Part shown: positions 38,868-49,015 of the stretch, piece by piece
Position numbering within the stretch: position 1 is the stretch's first letter
How the letters are laid out: each line of letters opens with the position of its first letter
Assembly (NCBI GenBank): GCA_964485795.1
Contig: CAZAJQ010000007.1
Coordinates: 3,880 to 67,879 of the forward strand
Length of the DNA stretch: 64,000 bases
Direction of reading: 5' to 3'
From: an uncultured Gammaproteobacteria bacterium
Lineage (GTDB): Bacteria > Patescibacteriota > Patescibacteriia > VMEV01 > CAZAJQ01
Translations under genes and position numbers: made by a program
The notes under the pieces: generated by a model
Told to the model about the DNA's origin: nothing
The model's input: only the letters and a program-made list of their open reading frames with translations
Databases searched by the model: none

Positions 38868-39257
38868 CTATCTTTCCCATGCTTTCACTTCGGGATGAAA
38901 ATCAACTTGATATTCTGGTATGCCCAGAGAAATACCGTATTTCTTCGCCTCATCGTATTGCTCTTTAATCCGCTTATCCACAAAGAAAATTTTTTCGCGA
39001 AAAATGATGTAATGGTGAGTATCATTTTTAAAATCAGCATACCAGTCGTGTTGGGAATCCAAAACCTTACTCAATCGCTCAGCGATATGCCTTGCTTGGT
39101 TTTCAGAAATTTCAGCGGTGTGGAGAGTCCATTGTTTTAACCACGGAGTTTGGTGCTTCTCGGTTACTTTTTCAATCTTTGTTTCTAAAATCTTGACATC
39201 TTTGAGAATGTCTTTATTTTCCAAACTTTCTTCAATAATCACTCCTTTATAATCCAT
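38868..39257 (-). CDS. Hypothetical protein
   Basis: YKGVIIEESL, WYADFK, YGISLGIPEYQVDF; clean ORF. Confidence 0.8.
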   Translation of the reverse strand: MDYKGVIIEESLENKDILKDVKILETKIEKVTEKHQTPWLKQWTLHTAEISENQARHIAERLSKVLDSQHDWYADFKNDTHHYIIFREKIFFVDKRIKEQYDEAKKYGISLGIPEYQVDFHPEVKAWER

Positions 39258-39348
39258 ATTTTAAAAATAAAAAAATCAAATGTCGTTTGACCTTATCGCT
39301 CGTTGGAATCGACTTGATGCGGGCATGGGAATATTATTTTGAACCAAA

Positions 39349-40017
39349 CTACCTCCCTCTTTTTTCCAAAATTCCGTTCTTCAGATTATACACGGTGTCT
39401 CCAAGATTTTTTGCGTCGTCGGGATCATGGGTGATGATGATTGCGGGGAGTCGTAATTTTTTGATGAGCGCACGAAGCTCACGCCCGACGGTTTGTTTTG
39501 TCTCGACATCAATCGCGGAAAGCGGCTCATCAAATAGAAAAAGTCGCGGTTTTATCGCAAGCGCTCTCGCAAGCGCAACGCGCTGTTTTTCGCCGCCGGA
39601 CAGATCTTCGACATTTCGGTCGGCAATCTCCGATGGAAGCTCGACTGTTTTCAAAAGTTCGCCGACTTTTTCCCGTCGCGTTTCAGCATCCGCTTTTCGA
39701 ATCGTCAAACCGAAAGCGATATTATCTTTCACGTCCAGATGCGGAAAAAGGGCATAATCTTGCGGCATATACGCTATCTGCCTTTTTTCAATCGAAAGGG
39801 ACGTGATGTTTTTTCCGTCCAGCAATATCTCTCCGGCGTCCGGAATGATGAATCCGACGATGCAAAGAAGCAAAGTTGTTTTTCCGGAACCTGATTTTCC
39901 CATGATGGTGGCTATCTCATCCTCATGGACGACGATATGAAGACCGCTGAAAATCGGATTTTCCCCATCATATGATTTCGTAAGATTGCGGACGATCAGT
40001 TCGTGAATATTTTTTAT
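39349..40017 (-). CDS. ABC ATPase (ModC/CysA/PotA-like), start codon uncertain
   Basis: GKSGSGKT, LSGGEKQRV, LFLFDEP, ITHD. Confidence 0.85.
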   Translation of the reverse strand: MKNIHELIVRNLTKSYDGENPIFSGLHIVVHEDEIATIMGKSGSGKTTLLLCIVGFIIPDAGEILLDGKNITSLSIEKRQIAYMPQDYALFPHLDVKDNIAFGLTIRKADAETRREKVGELLKTVELPSEIADRNVEDLSGGEKQRVALARALAIKPRLFLFDEPLSAIDVETKQTVGRELRALIKKLRLPAIIITHDPDDAKNLGDTVYNLKNGILEKRGR

Positions 40018-40790
40018 AATTTTCGATTTATAAGCGAACGCACGACAATAATCGTGAAAATGGCGAAGACCGTGAGAATGGTGGTGGCCGCCAGCGCGAG
40101 AAATGGGTCGGTACTGACAACACGGTTCGTATAGGTGGGTAATATTTCGGTTTTGTAAGCGATGACTCCGGCAAAAATAAGTGACCCGCCGAATTCTCCC
40201 ATGGCTCGCGCCCAAGAAAGCGTGAGTCCGGCGATAATGTCGCGGCGAGCCAGCGGAACCAAAATGCGGAATATGACATCGCCGGTTCCCGCACCCAGAG
40301 AACGCGCGACCAAATCCAGCTTTGAATCGCGGATATCCCGAAATTTTCTGAGAGTGTACCCGATGGTGAAAGGCGCCGAGACAAGCAGCTTGGCGATAAC
40401 CACCGCTGCAAATGTAAAGGCAATATTGATCGGCGCTTGAGGCCCCAACATGAAAAAATAAATGACGCCTATCGCCACCGGAGGAAACGTTTGCGGTATA
40501 TCAATCAAAAGCGGCTCAATGATATTCGCATAGCGAAGCTTATGATACGTCAAAAAATAAGCTACCGGAACGGAAAAAAAAGCGGTTAAGGCAACGACGA
40601 TTATGGCAGAAACGACACTGATAAAAAATGCGGCCCAAAATCGATTGTCAGCGAGAACCGCCGAGGCCGCATTGAAGTGAGTAAAAAAAGTGACGACAAG
40701 AAAAAAGTATGGAAGCGCAAACCAAAGAATCCAACTCCATGATGAAATCCGGATAAGACGATCGGCATTGCTTTTTATGTCGGTATCCAT
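40014..40790 (-). CDS. ABC permease (ModB/CysT-like)
   Basis: PPVAIG, ARSLGA loop, WARAMGEFG. Confidence 0.85.
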   Translation of the reverse strand: MDTDIKSNADRLIRISSWSWILWFALPYFFLVVTFFTHFNAASAVLADNRFWAAFFISVVSAIIVVALTAFFSVPVAYFLTYHKLRYANIIEPLLIDIPQTFPPVAIGVIYFFMLGPQAPINIAFTFAAVVIAKLLVSAPFTIGYTLRKFRDIRDSKLDLVARSLGAGTGDVIFRILVPLARRDIIAGLTLSWARAMGEFGGSLIFAGVIAYKTEILPTYTNRVVSTDPFLALAATTILTVFAIFTIIVVRSLINRKL

Positions 40791-40915
40791 ATCATTATTT
40801 CACTCACCACCTCTCCGGTGGAAACGCGCCATGACGAAACGTGTCCGCCTTTGCGTGTCTTCCGGCAGACACTGTCCGCCGAGGCAACATCTTTCAATTT
40901 CGCTGAAAGAAACAT

Positions 40916-41005
40916 TGGCGGAGAGTGAGGGATTCGAACCCTCGAGGGTTTTGACACCCTGCACGCTTTCCAAGCGTGTGCACTCGACCACTATGCGAAC
41001 TCTCC
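40916..41005 (-). tRNA. tRNA-Ser(GGA) with long variable arm and CCA
   Basis: GGAGAGTT...CACGC-TTGGAAA-GCGTG...GGTTCGAATCC...CTCTCCGCCA. Confidence 0.96.
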
Positions 41006-41216
41006 ATGCTCAGTGCGACGAAACGATCGCTTCAACGAATCACGACCTATTTGACTCTTTCTCTGTCTTTCCCTGAATCGCGCATTGGTTTTATACGAAA
41101 CAAAAACTCTTCCTCTCCAAGTTCAAAAGCACTTTTTCCGTGCTTTGATCAAGTTACGTCAGTGAGAATAAAAAAACCCTCGATGCAAGTCAAAGGTTTC
41201 CATGAAAAAAACTCAA

Positions 41217-41477
41217 CTAGCGATTGATCACGACATTTTCAGACATGATCTTTTGCTCATGGTATTTCATGAATTCGAAAGAAAACACCATGACGATCAG
41301 AAAACTCATCACAAGAATCCCAAAAAAAAGACCCACGTAAAATGAAAATCGCGGCGGCAAAAGAAAACATGCATTCGCTTTCAAAGAGTCGTTTTTCGCT
41401 TCTGTCTGCGAAACTTGAAACGCTGTAAAGGAGCGTTTTGAAGGCCTTTTTCTTTTGTTTTTGATATTCTCTTCCAT
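41217..41477 (-). CDS. Small single-TM protein
   Basis: Basic N-terminus, one hydrophobic helix; co-oriented with upstream genes. Confidence 0.5.
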   Translation of the reverse strand: MEENIKNKRKRPSKRSFTAFQVSQTEAKNDSLKANACFLLPPRFSFYVGLFFGILVMSFLIVMVFSFEFMKYHEQKIMSENVVINR

Positions 41478-41509
41478 ATAGGCCCATTATACACGAAACA
41501 TCCCCGCCT

Positions 41510-42106
41510 TCAAGACGATGCCGAGTCCGAGGAAGCTGACGCGTCGTTTCCGGTATCGGCGTACATGGCGGCGGAAATGATCTCATCGCGCAGCACATCG
41601 GCCTTTGTCGAATGCGATTTTTCGGCTCTCAGTTTCAAATACCGGTCAATGGCGGGTGTGATGCGAAACGTGAATTTTATACTCGCTCGCTGATCTCCCA
41701 AAATATCCATGCCGTGATCTTTGAGAAATCTCTTGAGGACGTCCGACAAGGAAGCTTCATCGAATTTTTCCAGCCGCAAGTGCTTTTGAAGCTCTTTATG
41801 TCTGGAAGTGAAAAGGATATCCTGGGGGATGTTTTTATAATCTTTGATCAGCACCAAAACGTCTTTTTGCAAACTCAAAAACGTCGCAATCGAATATCTC
41901 ACCTGCTCGGTCACGGATTCGGCCGTCAAAACACCGCACGAAAAAAGTGAAATATTCGTGTCATGCATCTGCTCATGAAGATGGGTATGCGAAATTTTAC
42001 CGTTTTGAAAAATTTTTTTGATGGCGCCGGTTTGCGCTTCGGTTTTTCCAAAGGAAATCAGCAACACCGATGGTGACGATTTCATAGTGATTATTTTCAA
42101 TTTCAA
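41510..42106 (-). CDS. Hypothetical protein with C-terminal ribbon-helix-helix
   Basis: KFTFRITPAIDRYLKLRAEK...KADVLRDEI. Confidence 0.65.
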   Translation of the reverse strand: MKLKIITMKSSPSVLLISFGKTEAQTGAIKKIFQNGKISHTHLHEQMHDTNISLFSCGVLTAESVTEQVRYSIATFLSLQKDVLVLIKDYKNIPQDILFTSRHKELQKHLRLEKFDEASLSDVLKRFLKDHGMDILGDQRASIKFTFRITPAIDRYLKLRAEKSHSTKADVLRDEIISAAMYADTGNDASASSDSASS

Positions 42107-42118
42107 TCAAGGCGGTTG

Positions 42119-43054
42119 TCACGAATGATATTCTCCGCGAACGTTCGAAAGCATCATGTCGCGGATGCGCTTGGGGTCCCTAGTATCGCCAAGCACCCAT
42201 GAAAATTTCACGGCCGCCGACGGCTCTGAAACGCCTGACATCAATATCATCGAATCGTCGCTCTGCGCTTCCAAAGAATGCTCGGTATGCAAAGCGATCG
42301 GAAGCTTGGCGGCACGCAAACGTTCTTCGAAGTTTTTTGAAATCAATCCGTGAGGAGCGCCATTGATGAAAAACCCCGAAAAAAATCGCATCATCTCCTT
42401 TCCCAGAGGCGGTTCGGGATAGGGTCGAAGATAATAAACGGCGTCATCAAAATGCCAAGCGATTTCCGGATTTCCGGAAACGCGTTTTCGCAAAGAAGGC
42501 ATGTCCCGCTCGGAATGCAAATCTCCCAGAAGAGATCGCTCTTCCCGCATGCCGCGAGCCGCGTGATACACGCGTGAACCGAAAACCATGACCACCTCGC
42601 CGATGTCCAGCGTCCCGACATGCACGGCATTGATGATATTGGCTCGCAATCCAAGCTCTCCGAAATAATCGTCGGTCAAGGGATCGACATAGGCTCTTCT
42701 TTCTAGACCGGCCGCCGTGAAAACAATGGGTTTCCCGAGTTTTTCAAAAGCGTAAGAAAACGACGCCGCAAGATATTCGAGACTGTCCATGCCCGAGACG
42801 ATCACAAAACCGTCATACATGTCATAGACCGAAGCGATTTTTTGTGAAACCGTCTTCCCAATATCAAAAGCGAGCTGATTGCCATGACCTCCAAAACAAT
42901 ATTCAAAATGCACATCGGCGATGAGCGCGAGCTCATGAATATCGGAACACCAGTGCAATATTTCGGTTTTGTTTTCCAATGCGTGCAAAACATGCTTGCC
43001 GCGAAAAACGCCGCCGGCGATCAATACCAAAATTTTATTCGGCGCCACATACAT
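42119..43054 (-). CDS. L-asparaginase-like protein with degenerate active site
   Basis: YDGFVIVSGMDSL, GKPIVFTAA, GEVVMVFG, AAVKFSWVLG, NVRGE. Confidence 0.75.
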   Translation of the reverse strand: MYVAPNKILVLIAGGVFRGKHVLHALENKTEILHWCSDIHELALIADVHFEYCFGGHGNQLAFDIGKTVSQKIASVYDMYDGFVIVSGMDSLEYLAASFSYAFEKLGKPIVFTAAGLERRAYVDPLTDDYFGELGLRANIINAVHVGTLDIGEVVMVFGSRVYHAARGMREERSLLGDLHSERDMPSLRKRVSGNPEIAWHFDDAVYYLRPYPEPPLGKEMMRFFSGFFINGAPHGLISKNFEERLRAAKLPIALHTEHSLEAQSDDSMILMSGVSEPSAAVKFSWVLGDTRDPKRIRDMMLSNVRGEYHS

Positions 43055-43082
43055 ATTTTTTTGGAATAACTCTTTTCAGCGC

Positions 43083-45569
43083 CTACGTTGTCTCTTCGGG
43101 GGAACTTTGCACAAAAGCCACGGAAGCCACGCGATCATCGGCGTTTTTGAATCGCATCAATTTCACACCCTGCGTTTGCCTGCCGAGAACGTTTACGGAG
43201 CGAAACGGAACGCGTATCACCTGTCCATGCTCGGAAATGATGATCATATCCCCGTCAAAACCGTCCAAAACCCTTCCCATGACGATTTTTCCGGTCTTTG
43301 CGGTCACTTGAGACGTTTTGATTCCCGAGCCGCCCCGCGACTGAACGCGATAATATTTGACGGGCGTGCGTTTTCCGTATCCTTTTTCCGAGATGATGAA
43401 CACCTGCGGCTTTGATTCCTTGTCATCGCTAGGAATCATACCCATGCCGACGACCTCATCTCCTTCTTTGAGTCGAATCGCTCGAACACCGGAAGCGACT
43501 CTTCCCATCGAACGCATATCGGTTTCATGACAACGTATGGACTGCCCCTTGGCCGTGATGATCATGATCTCGTCCTTGCCCGATGTGGGAGCGATCCATT
43601 CGAGACGATCGTTTTCACGCAGCTTCAAGGCGATCAAGCCGGATCTTCGGACATTTTTAAACGCTTCAATCTCGACGCGCTTGGAAACTCCATGCAACGT
43701 CACCATCATGAAAAATTTTTTCTTTTCAAGCTCGGATGCGCTGATCACGGCCGTTACTTTTTCAAGCGGAGCCAATTGCAAAAAATTCACGAGCGCCTGA
43801 CCCTTGGCCGTGCGACTGGACTGGGGAATCTCATGCGCCTGAAGTTGAAACACGCGTCCCATGCTCGTGAAAAAGAGCAAGTCGTCATGCGTCATGGTGG
43901 TGAAAATCGTATCCACGGTATCTTCTTCTTTGACGGTGAGTCCTATCACACCCTTGCCTCCGCGAGCTTGCGTCTTAAACGTCTCCGGCGGCATGCGCTT
44001 GATATAGCCGTCGCGCGTCACCAGCACAACCGTGGATTCGTTTGGAATCAAATCCTTGATGCCAAATTCATTGACCGCATGCGAAACGATTTTTGTGCGA
44101 CGTTCGTCTCCGAATTTTTCTTTGAGTTCTTTGAGTTCATTTTTGATTATTTTCAATATTTCTTTGGGATTTTTCAAAATAAATTCAAGCGACGCGATCA
44201 ATTTCCGAATCTCTTCAAGCTCTTTTTCCAGCTTCATCCGCTCGAGATTGGCGAGCTGCTGCAGCCTCATTTCCAAAATGGCGACCGCCTGCCTTTCGGT
44301 GAATGAAAACTTTTTCATCAAATTGATCTTTGCAACGTCTTTGTCGGCGGATTTTTTTATCAGCGCGATGATGGCGTCAATGTTTTCCAAAGCCTTCACC
44401 AATCCTTCAAGGATATGCCCGCGATCCTTGGCGCGGGTAAGATCAAACTCCGTACGTCTGCGAACGATATTTTGACGATGTTTGATGTATTCTTGCAAAA
44501 TTTCTTTGAGATTGAGCACCTTGGGCTGAATGCTGTCGACAAGCGCCAAAATATTGCAGTGAAAGGTTTCCTGAAGCTGAGTGTATTTGAAAAGCTGATT
44601 GAGGACTTTTTTCGGATAGCTGTCTTTTTTGAGCTCCACCACGATGCGCAGCCCGTCTTTGTCGGATTCATCCCGCAAATCGCGAATGCCCTCGATTTTC
44701 TTTTCGCGCACCAAAAAAGCGATTTTTTCAAGCAGGTTGGCTTTGTTCACCTGATACGGGATTTCCGTGACGACGATCTGGGATCCCGTTTTGCTTTCCG
44801 AAATCTCGGCTTTGGCGCGCGCCACGATGGAACCCTTTCCCGTGGCATAGGCGTTGGCGATTTCTTTTTTGTTGTAAATGATGCCTCCGGTGGGAAAATC
44901 CGGACCGGGGATGAATTTCATGAGCTCTTCGATGGAAATGTCTTCCGAATCAAGCAAAGCCATGATCCCGTCGCAAAGCTCTCCCAAGTTGTGCGGAGGG
45001 ATATTGGTAGCCATGCCTACGGCGATGCCCACGGCGCCATTGAGCAAAAGGTTTGGAAGTTTGGACGGCAATACCGAAGGCTCCGTCAAAGAACCGTCAT
45101 AGTTTGGAATAAAATCCACGGTTTCTTTTTCGATGTCAAAAAGCATTTCCTCGGCGATGGCCGAAAGCTTGGCCTCGGTATAACGATGCGCGGCCGGAGC
45201 GTCGCCGTCTATGGATCCGAAGTTTCCCTGTCCCTTCACGAGCGGATATCGCATGGCAAAATCCTGAGCCATGCGCACCATGGCCTCGTAACAGGCCAAA
45301 TCTCCATGGGGATGATATTTACCGAGCACTTCTCCCACCACGGTGGCGGACTTGCGAAACTTGGCTCCGGCTCGAAGCCCCATGCTCCACATGGCGAAAA
45401 GGATCTTGCGATGCACGGGTTTGAGTCCGTCGCGAACATCCGGCAAGGCGCGCGAAACGATAACGGACATGGCATAATCCAGATACGATTTTTGCATCTC
45501 GGAAACCAAATCAAGCGGAATGACGTTTCCGATGCTGTTGGTTTCAACGGGCTTGGATTTTTTTGTCAT
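43083..45569 (-). CDS. gyrA: DNA gyrase subunit A
   Basis: [23 protein letters not shown], GyrA-box QARGGKG. Confidence 0.97.
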   Translation of the reverse strand: MTKKSKPVETNSIGNVIPLDLVSEMQKSYLDYAMSVIVSRALPDVRDGLKPVHRKILFAMWSMGLRAGAKFRKSATVVGEVLGKYHPHGDLACYEAMVRMAQDFAMRYPLVKGQGNFGSIDGDAPAAHRYTEAKLSAIAEEMLFDIEKETVDFIPNYDGSLTEPSVLPSKLPNLLLNGAVGIAVGMATNIPPHNLGELCDGIMALLDSEDISIEELMKFIPGPDFPTGGIIYNKKEIANAYATGKGSIVARAKAEISESKTGSQIVVTEIPYQVNKANLLEKIAFLVREKKIEGIRDLRDESDKDGLRIVVELKKDSYPKKVLNQLFKYTQLQETFHCNILALVDSIQPKVLNLKEILQEYIKHRQNIVRRRTEFDLTRAKDRGHILEGLVKALENIDAIIALIKKSADKDVAKINLMKKFSFTERQAVAILEMRLQQLANLERMKLEKELEEIRKLIASLEFILKNPKEILKIIKNELKELKEKFGDERRTKIVSHAVNEFGIKDLIPNESTVVLVTRDGYIKRMPPETFKTQARGGKGVIGLTVKEEDTVDTIFTTMTHDDLLFFTSMGRVFQLQAHEIPQSSRTAKGQALVNFLQLAPLEKVTAVISASELEKKKFFMMVTLHGVSKRVEIEAFKNVRRSGLIALKLRENDRLEWIAPTSGKDEIMIITAKGQSIRCHETDMRSMGRVASGVRAIRLKEGDEVVGMGMIPSDDKESKPQVFIISEKGYGKRTPVKYYRVQSRGGSGIKTSQVTAKTGKIVMGRVLDGFDGDMIIISEHGQVIRVPFRSVNVLGRQTQGVKLMRFKNADDRVASVAFVQSSPEETT

Positions 45570-45612
45570 ACAAATACAGTAATACTAGGATCTAGACTCG
45601 AGTGATGGAACA

Positions 45613-46281
45613 TCACTGCTCCTCGATCCACGAAAAACTTTCCAATATGAATTTTTCATCATCGCTTTCTTTGCCCTCTTCGAGAGGGATTTGAAAATGG
45701 ATCACATGTCCTTTCAAGCTTTCCAAAAAATAATGGCGCAATACTTTCTCTTCCCTCTTTGAGACCATTTTCAAATAGGTGTTTTTCCCAAACGCGACGC
45801 TTTCTTTGTTTTCATCAAAAACATACTTTTCCTTTTGGCTGTCAATATACAACTGCAATCCTTGGTCGTAATTTTTTTCAAATCGAATCACAAAAGAATT
45901 TCCGACGGCTCTGTCATCGCTTTTCTTGAGATTCTCTTTGGGTGAAATCAAAATCTCTTTATCAAGCTCGAAAATCGCGAAATCTTGCTGATATTCAAAT
46001 CGAAACAGCTGATCTTTGGACACATAACTTTTTTTGGAAGCGAGTTTTTTTTGTTCTTCCGACAATGCTTCTCCGAAATCCTCCAATCCTTGCTGCAGCG
46101 TACCGATCATGTCGGAAAAATCATCCTTGGCGATGGTGCCGGAAACCGATTCGCGAATTTTGAGGTCTTCAATGCCTTTCCTCAAAATCGTCACCCATCC
46201 GAAATACATGACCGCCAAAAAAAGAACGATAAATACCCAAAGCATCCATTTTCTTTCCGAACGAAAGTCCGACATAAACAA
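45613..46281 (-). CDS. Membrane-anchored hypothetical protein
   Basis: N-terminal TM; FRFEY...ILESFSW (PsbP-like pattern). Confidence 0.7.
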   Translation of the reverse strand: MFMSDFRSERKWMLWVFIVLFLAVMYFGWVTILRKGIEDLKIRESVSGTIAKDDFSDMIGTLQQGLEDFGEALSEEQKKLASKKSYVSKDQLFRFEYQQDFAIFELDKEILISPKENLKKSDDRAVGNSFVIRFEKNYDQGLQLYIDSQKEKYVFDENKESVAFGKNTYLKMVSKREEKVLRHYFLESLKGHVIHFQIPLEEGKESDDEKFILESFSWIEEQ

Positions 46282-46300
46282 TGGAAAAACGAATACTCCC

Positions 46301-46891
46301 TTAGGAGGGATTTACAATAACGATTTTGGTTTCGTCGTTTTGCAAATCCTTTTTGACTATTTTGTATTTTGAAATTCTCTCTTGTCCCGCGCAGCCCATT
46401 TCTTTGCAGAATTGTTCCAATCCGGAACCGAAATCCTTGCCATTGGCAACCGGCATGATGACTCTGGGTTCCAATTCCTTTATCAAGGAAAGAACGTCCT
46501 TGACGGGAAGCGCCCCTTCTCCGTCGATCGGAACCATGAGTATGTCGATATTCCCCAAAGCTTCGAGCTGAGCGGTATGCAAATCATGCGAAAGTCTCCC
46601 GAGATACAAGAGCACCAATTCTTCGGCGTCAATCTTGTACATGACATTCGTATCTTCAGGGTTTTCTTCATTGTCCGATGCGATCCCATAGACAAACACG
46701 TCCATGAGCTCGTATTCTCCCGGCTGATCGATGTAAAAAGCGTCATTTTGTTTTTTTTCGGCGTCAAAAAAACCTCTTTTTGACGCTATCAAAATATTTC
46801 CCGATGTCTTTGCGTCCGCGACTTCAAGACGCACAGCGGCGGTTTTGTACTGAATATGAATGCCCGAACCTTTTTCGGCTGTGATGATCAT
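46301..46891 (-). CDS. MBL-fold protein lacking metal ligands
   Basis: IDQPGEYE, LGNIDILMVP, LEPRVIMP, FCKEMG. Confidence 0.75.
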   Translation of the reverse strand: MIITAEKGSGIHIQYKTAAVRLEVADAKTSGNILIASKRGFFDAEKKQNDAFYIDQPGEYELMDVFVYGIASDNEENPEDTNVMYKIDAEELVLLYLGRLSHDLHTAQLEALGNIDILMVPIDGEGALPVKDVLSLIKELEPRVIMPVANGKDFGSGLEQFCKEMGCAGQERISKYKIVKKDLQNDETKIVIVNPS

Positions 46892-47131
46892 AACTTGGCA
46901 AAATCAAAAAAAATTTTCTCGATTGAGAAACATTGTTGGGATCGTATCACAAAATTTCCTTCCGGTAAACCCCAGAAAAACCGCGTGGAGAAGACGGTTG
47001 AATACCCGTGGCATGTAAAATATGGGGAGACATGCACATTGCAGACGCATGAATGGATGTTGGGACATACAGGTTCAGGAACGGACATGGACGCATCGCT
47101 GGAAAGACTGGGAAGGACACAGAGGCCTCCC

Positions 47132-47824
47132 CTACGGGGGTTCATAACCCTCCAAAACCTCATCCATTTCTTCCAATGTTAAATCTTTGGAAAGAACGCT
47201 GAAACTTTCTTTCCATTCCACAATCGTCTGCTTCGCTTCATCGGCAATGCGCGGTTTTTTCTCCGCAATCTTTTGCAACTTTTCGACTCGACTCAACATC
47301 CGCTCTTTCAATGCGCGAAAATCTTCCACATACGCTTCATGAATTTTTGAAAACTCTCCGCCAATGCCAGCGGCGGCCTCGTCCAAAAGCTTTTTTTTGC
47401 AAGAAAATTCGGCTTCCCGTATGGCGAGAGTTTCATCAGATTGCAATACGGGGTGAAAAGCGTCTCGATGCGTAGTGAACTCTTCATGCGCCAATCTCTG
47501 ACGGCTCAAGGTATCCTCCTGAAATTTCAGCCAATATTCATACTTGGCATGGTACCGGCTGTCCAAATTTTGCCTCACGCAGGATTTCATTTTTGAAATG
47601 AAATTATCTTCCCAAATCCTCTCAAAAGCCTTGCGATACGGCCAGCTTTGCAGTCCAAATCGAAAAATCATGTCCGTAATTTCTTGCTGCGAGATATGCG
47701 GATCGGCGGCGACTTTCTCATACTCGCGTTTCATCGCCTCCTTCTCCGTTTCCGGAAACGTGGGAGGCAGGCTTTCGATAAGAAGCTTGATCTGGTCGAG
47801 GGAGTATTTGAAGGAGTGAGGCAT
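47132..47824 (-). CDS. Helical hypothetical protein
   Basis: 230-aa ORF, FGLQSWPYRKAF. Confidence 0.75.
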   Translation of the reverse strand: MPHSFKYSLDQIKLLIESLPPTFPETEKEAMKREYEKVAADPHISQQEITDMIFRFGLQSWPYRKAFERIWEDNFISKMKSCVRQNLDSRYHAKYEYWLKFQEDTLSRQRLAHEEFTTHRDAFHPVLQSDETLAIREAEFSCKKKLLDEAAAGIGGEFSKIHEAYVEDFRALKERMLSRVEKLQKIAEKKPRIADEAKQTIVEWKESFSVLSKDLTLEEMDEVLEGYEPP

Positions 47825-47910
47825 AGAAATTTCATTTTGTATCAGTATACCCAGCTGACGCTTTGGGGTGCAAATGAAGAACGGGTGAGGGCGGGCTTGC
47901 AGTATTCGGT

Positions 47911-48113
47911 AGCTCCCATGTTCACGGAACTCACCCCTCCGTCATCCTCCGCTACGCTCCGGACGACACCTCCCCTTGTGCAAGGGGAGGAAATCAGTGC
48001 AATATGTATTCTCCCCTTGGACAAGGGGAGATGCCCGAAGGGCAGAGGGGTGAGCTTCGTGAACATGGGAGCTTACCATGTCCGGAGTGGCGAGATAGTG
48101 TTCCGACGGTAAG
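47911..48113. repeat. Composite REP/REPIN-like element, copy 2
   Basis: Outer inverted repeat AGCTCCCATGTTCAC...GTGAACATGGGAGCT; shares 47-bp and 22-bp blocks with copy 1. Confidence 0.8.
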
Positions 48114-48381
48114 CAGGGGAACCCATTTTTTAATACCTTGAGAAAAGATATGCTTTTGACGTCAAGTGCGGATTCTATTACACCCTGAAATTCCGAGACC
48201 TTTGTATCGGAATTTTATTTTTTTAGAATATATGCTTCAATAGCTCGCGTGGATTTCAAGGAGCCACCTCACGGTGAGGAGAAAAAACAAATACAGCAAC
48301 AATACGAAATTCTTTTCAAGCAATTATCCTCCATCAAACCAATAAAAACCGCGGGCTCACAATTTCCAAAAAATAAGACCT

Positions 48382-48621
48382 TTATAGAGCCGCATAGGTA
48401 TGATCATTCCGACGCTCGATAATCAATATTCGGATTTCCAGTATGGTTGTGAATACGATTCGCATCTTCCCCCTGCGAACTCTCAATACATGCGGATATC
48501 CCTTGAGCTTTTTTATGTCGAGTCCGGTAAAGTCTTGCTTGAAAATCCTTTCTATAATCAAAATGAGCGCTTCCCGCTCATCTTTATTGAACTTTTTCAG
48601 CATTTTCTCGAGCGATGACAT
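48382..48621 (-). CDS. RelE/ParE-family toxin
   Basis: DIKKLKG...LRVRRGKMRIVF...RRNDHTY. Confidence 0.85.
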   Translation of the reverse strand: MSSLEKMLKKFNKDEREALILIIERIFKQDFTGLDIKKLKGYPHVLRVRRGKMRIVFTTILEIRILIIERRNDHTYAAL

Positions 48622-48624
48622 ATC

Positions 48625-48867
48625 TTATCGGCTCATCTTTTTGAGAGCCTGCAGTATTTTTTTTGCCGATATTCCCTGCGGATAAATCTCCGTAAAATCC
48701 ACCACGGTTTCCCACGTTTCGGTCTCAGTGATCGGTACGACTCGAAACATGGGTTTGTTTTTTTTATAAACGCTGAAACTCAATGTTTGTTTTGAAACAT
48801 TCTCCGCGTACTTCGTCAAATTTGTTCGAAAATTTTTCAGAGAAACGATGGTGTCCATAAATGGCAT
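48625..48867 (-). CDS. Phd/YefM-like antitoxin
   Basis: VSLKNFRTNLTKY...VYKKNKPMFRVVP, directly upstream of toxin. Confidence 0.8.
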   Translation of the reverse strand: MPFMDTIVSLKNFRTNLTKYAENVSKQTLSFSVYKKNKPMFRVVPITETETWETVVDFTEIYPQGISAKKILQALKKMSR

Positions 48868-49015
48868 TCATATTTTATCCAAAGGTTATCTTTAGGTTAA
48901 CTCACTATCATGGCTACGTCAATCAAACCAGTAGAACCGCGGGCTCATCATTTTCATGAAAAAAAGACCATTCTTTTCAGAATGGTCTTAAGTGCTTAGA
49001 AAATGGTAATTTTGT

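Larger units (their letters stand above)
48333..48969. repeat. Imperfect ~48-bp direct repeats (48333-48380, 48922-48969) flanking the TA pair
   Basis: ATCAAACCA..AACCGCGGGCTCA..AAGACC in both copies. Confidence 0.75.

Noticed and set aside
40791-40915. Moco or TPP riboswitch before the ABC permease; island boundary at tRNA-Ser
   Set aside because: Only short hairpins, no consensus motifs, no integrase and no matching repeat
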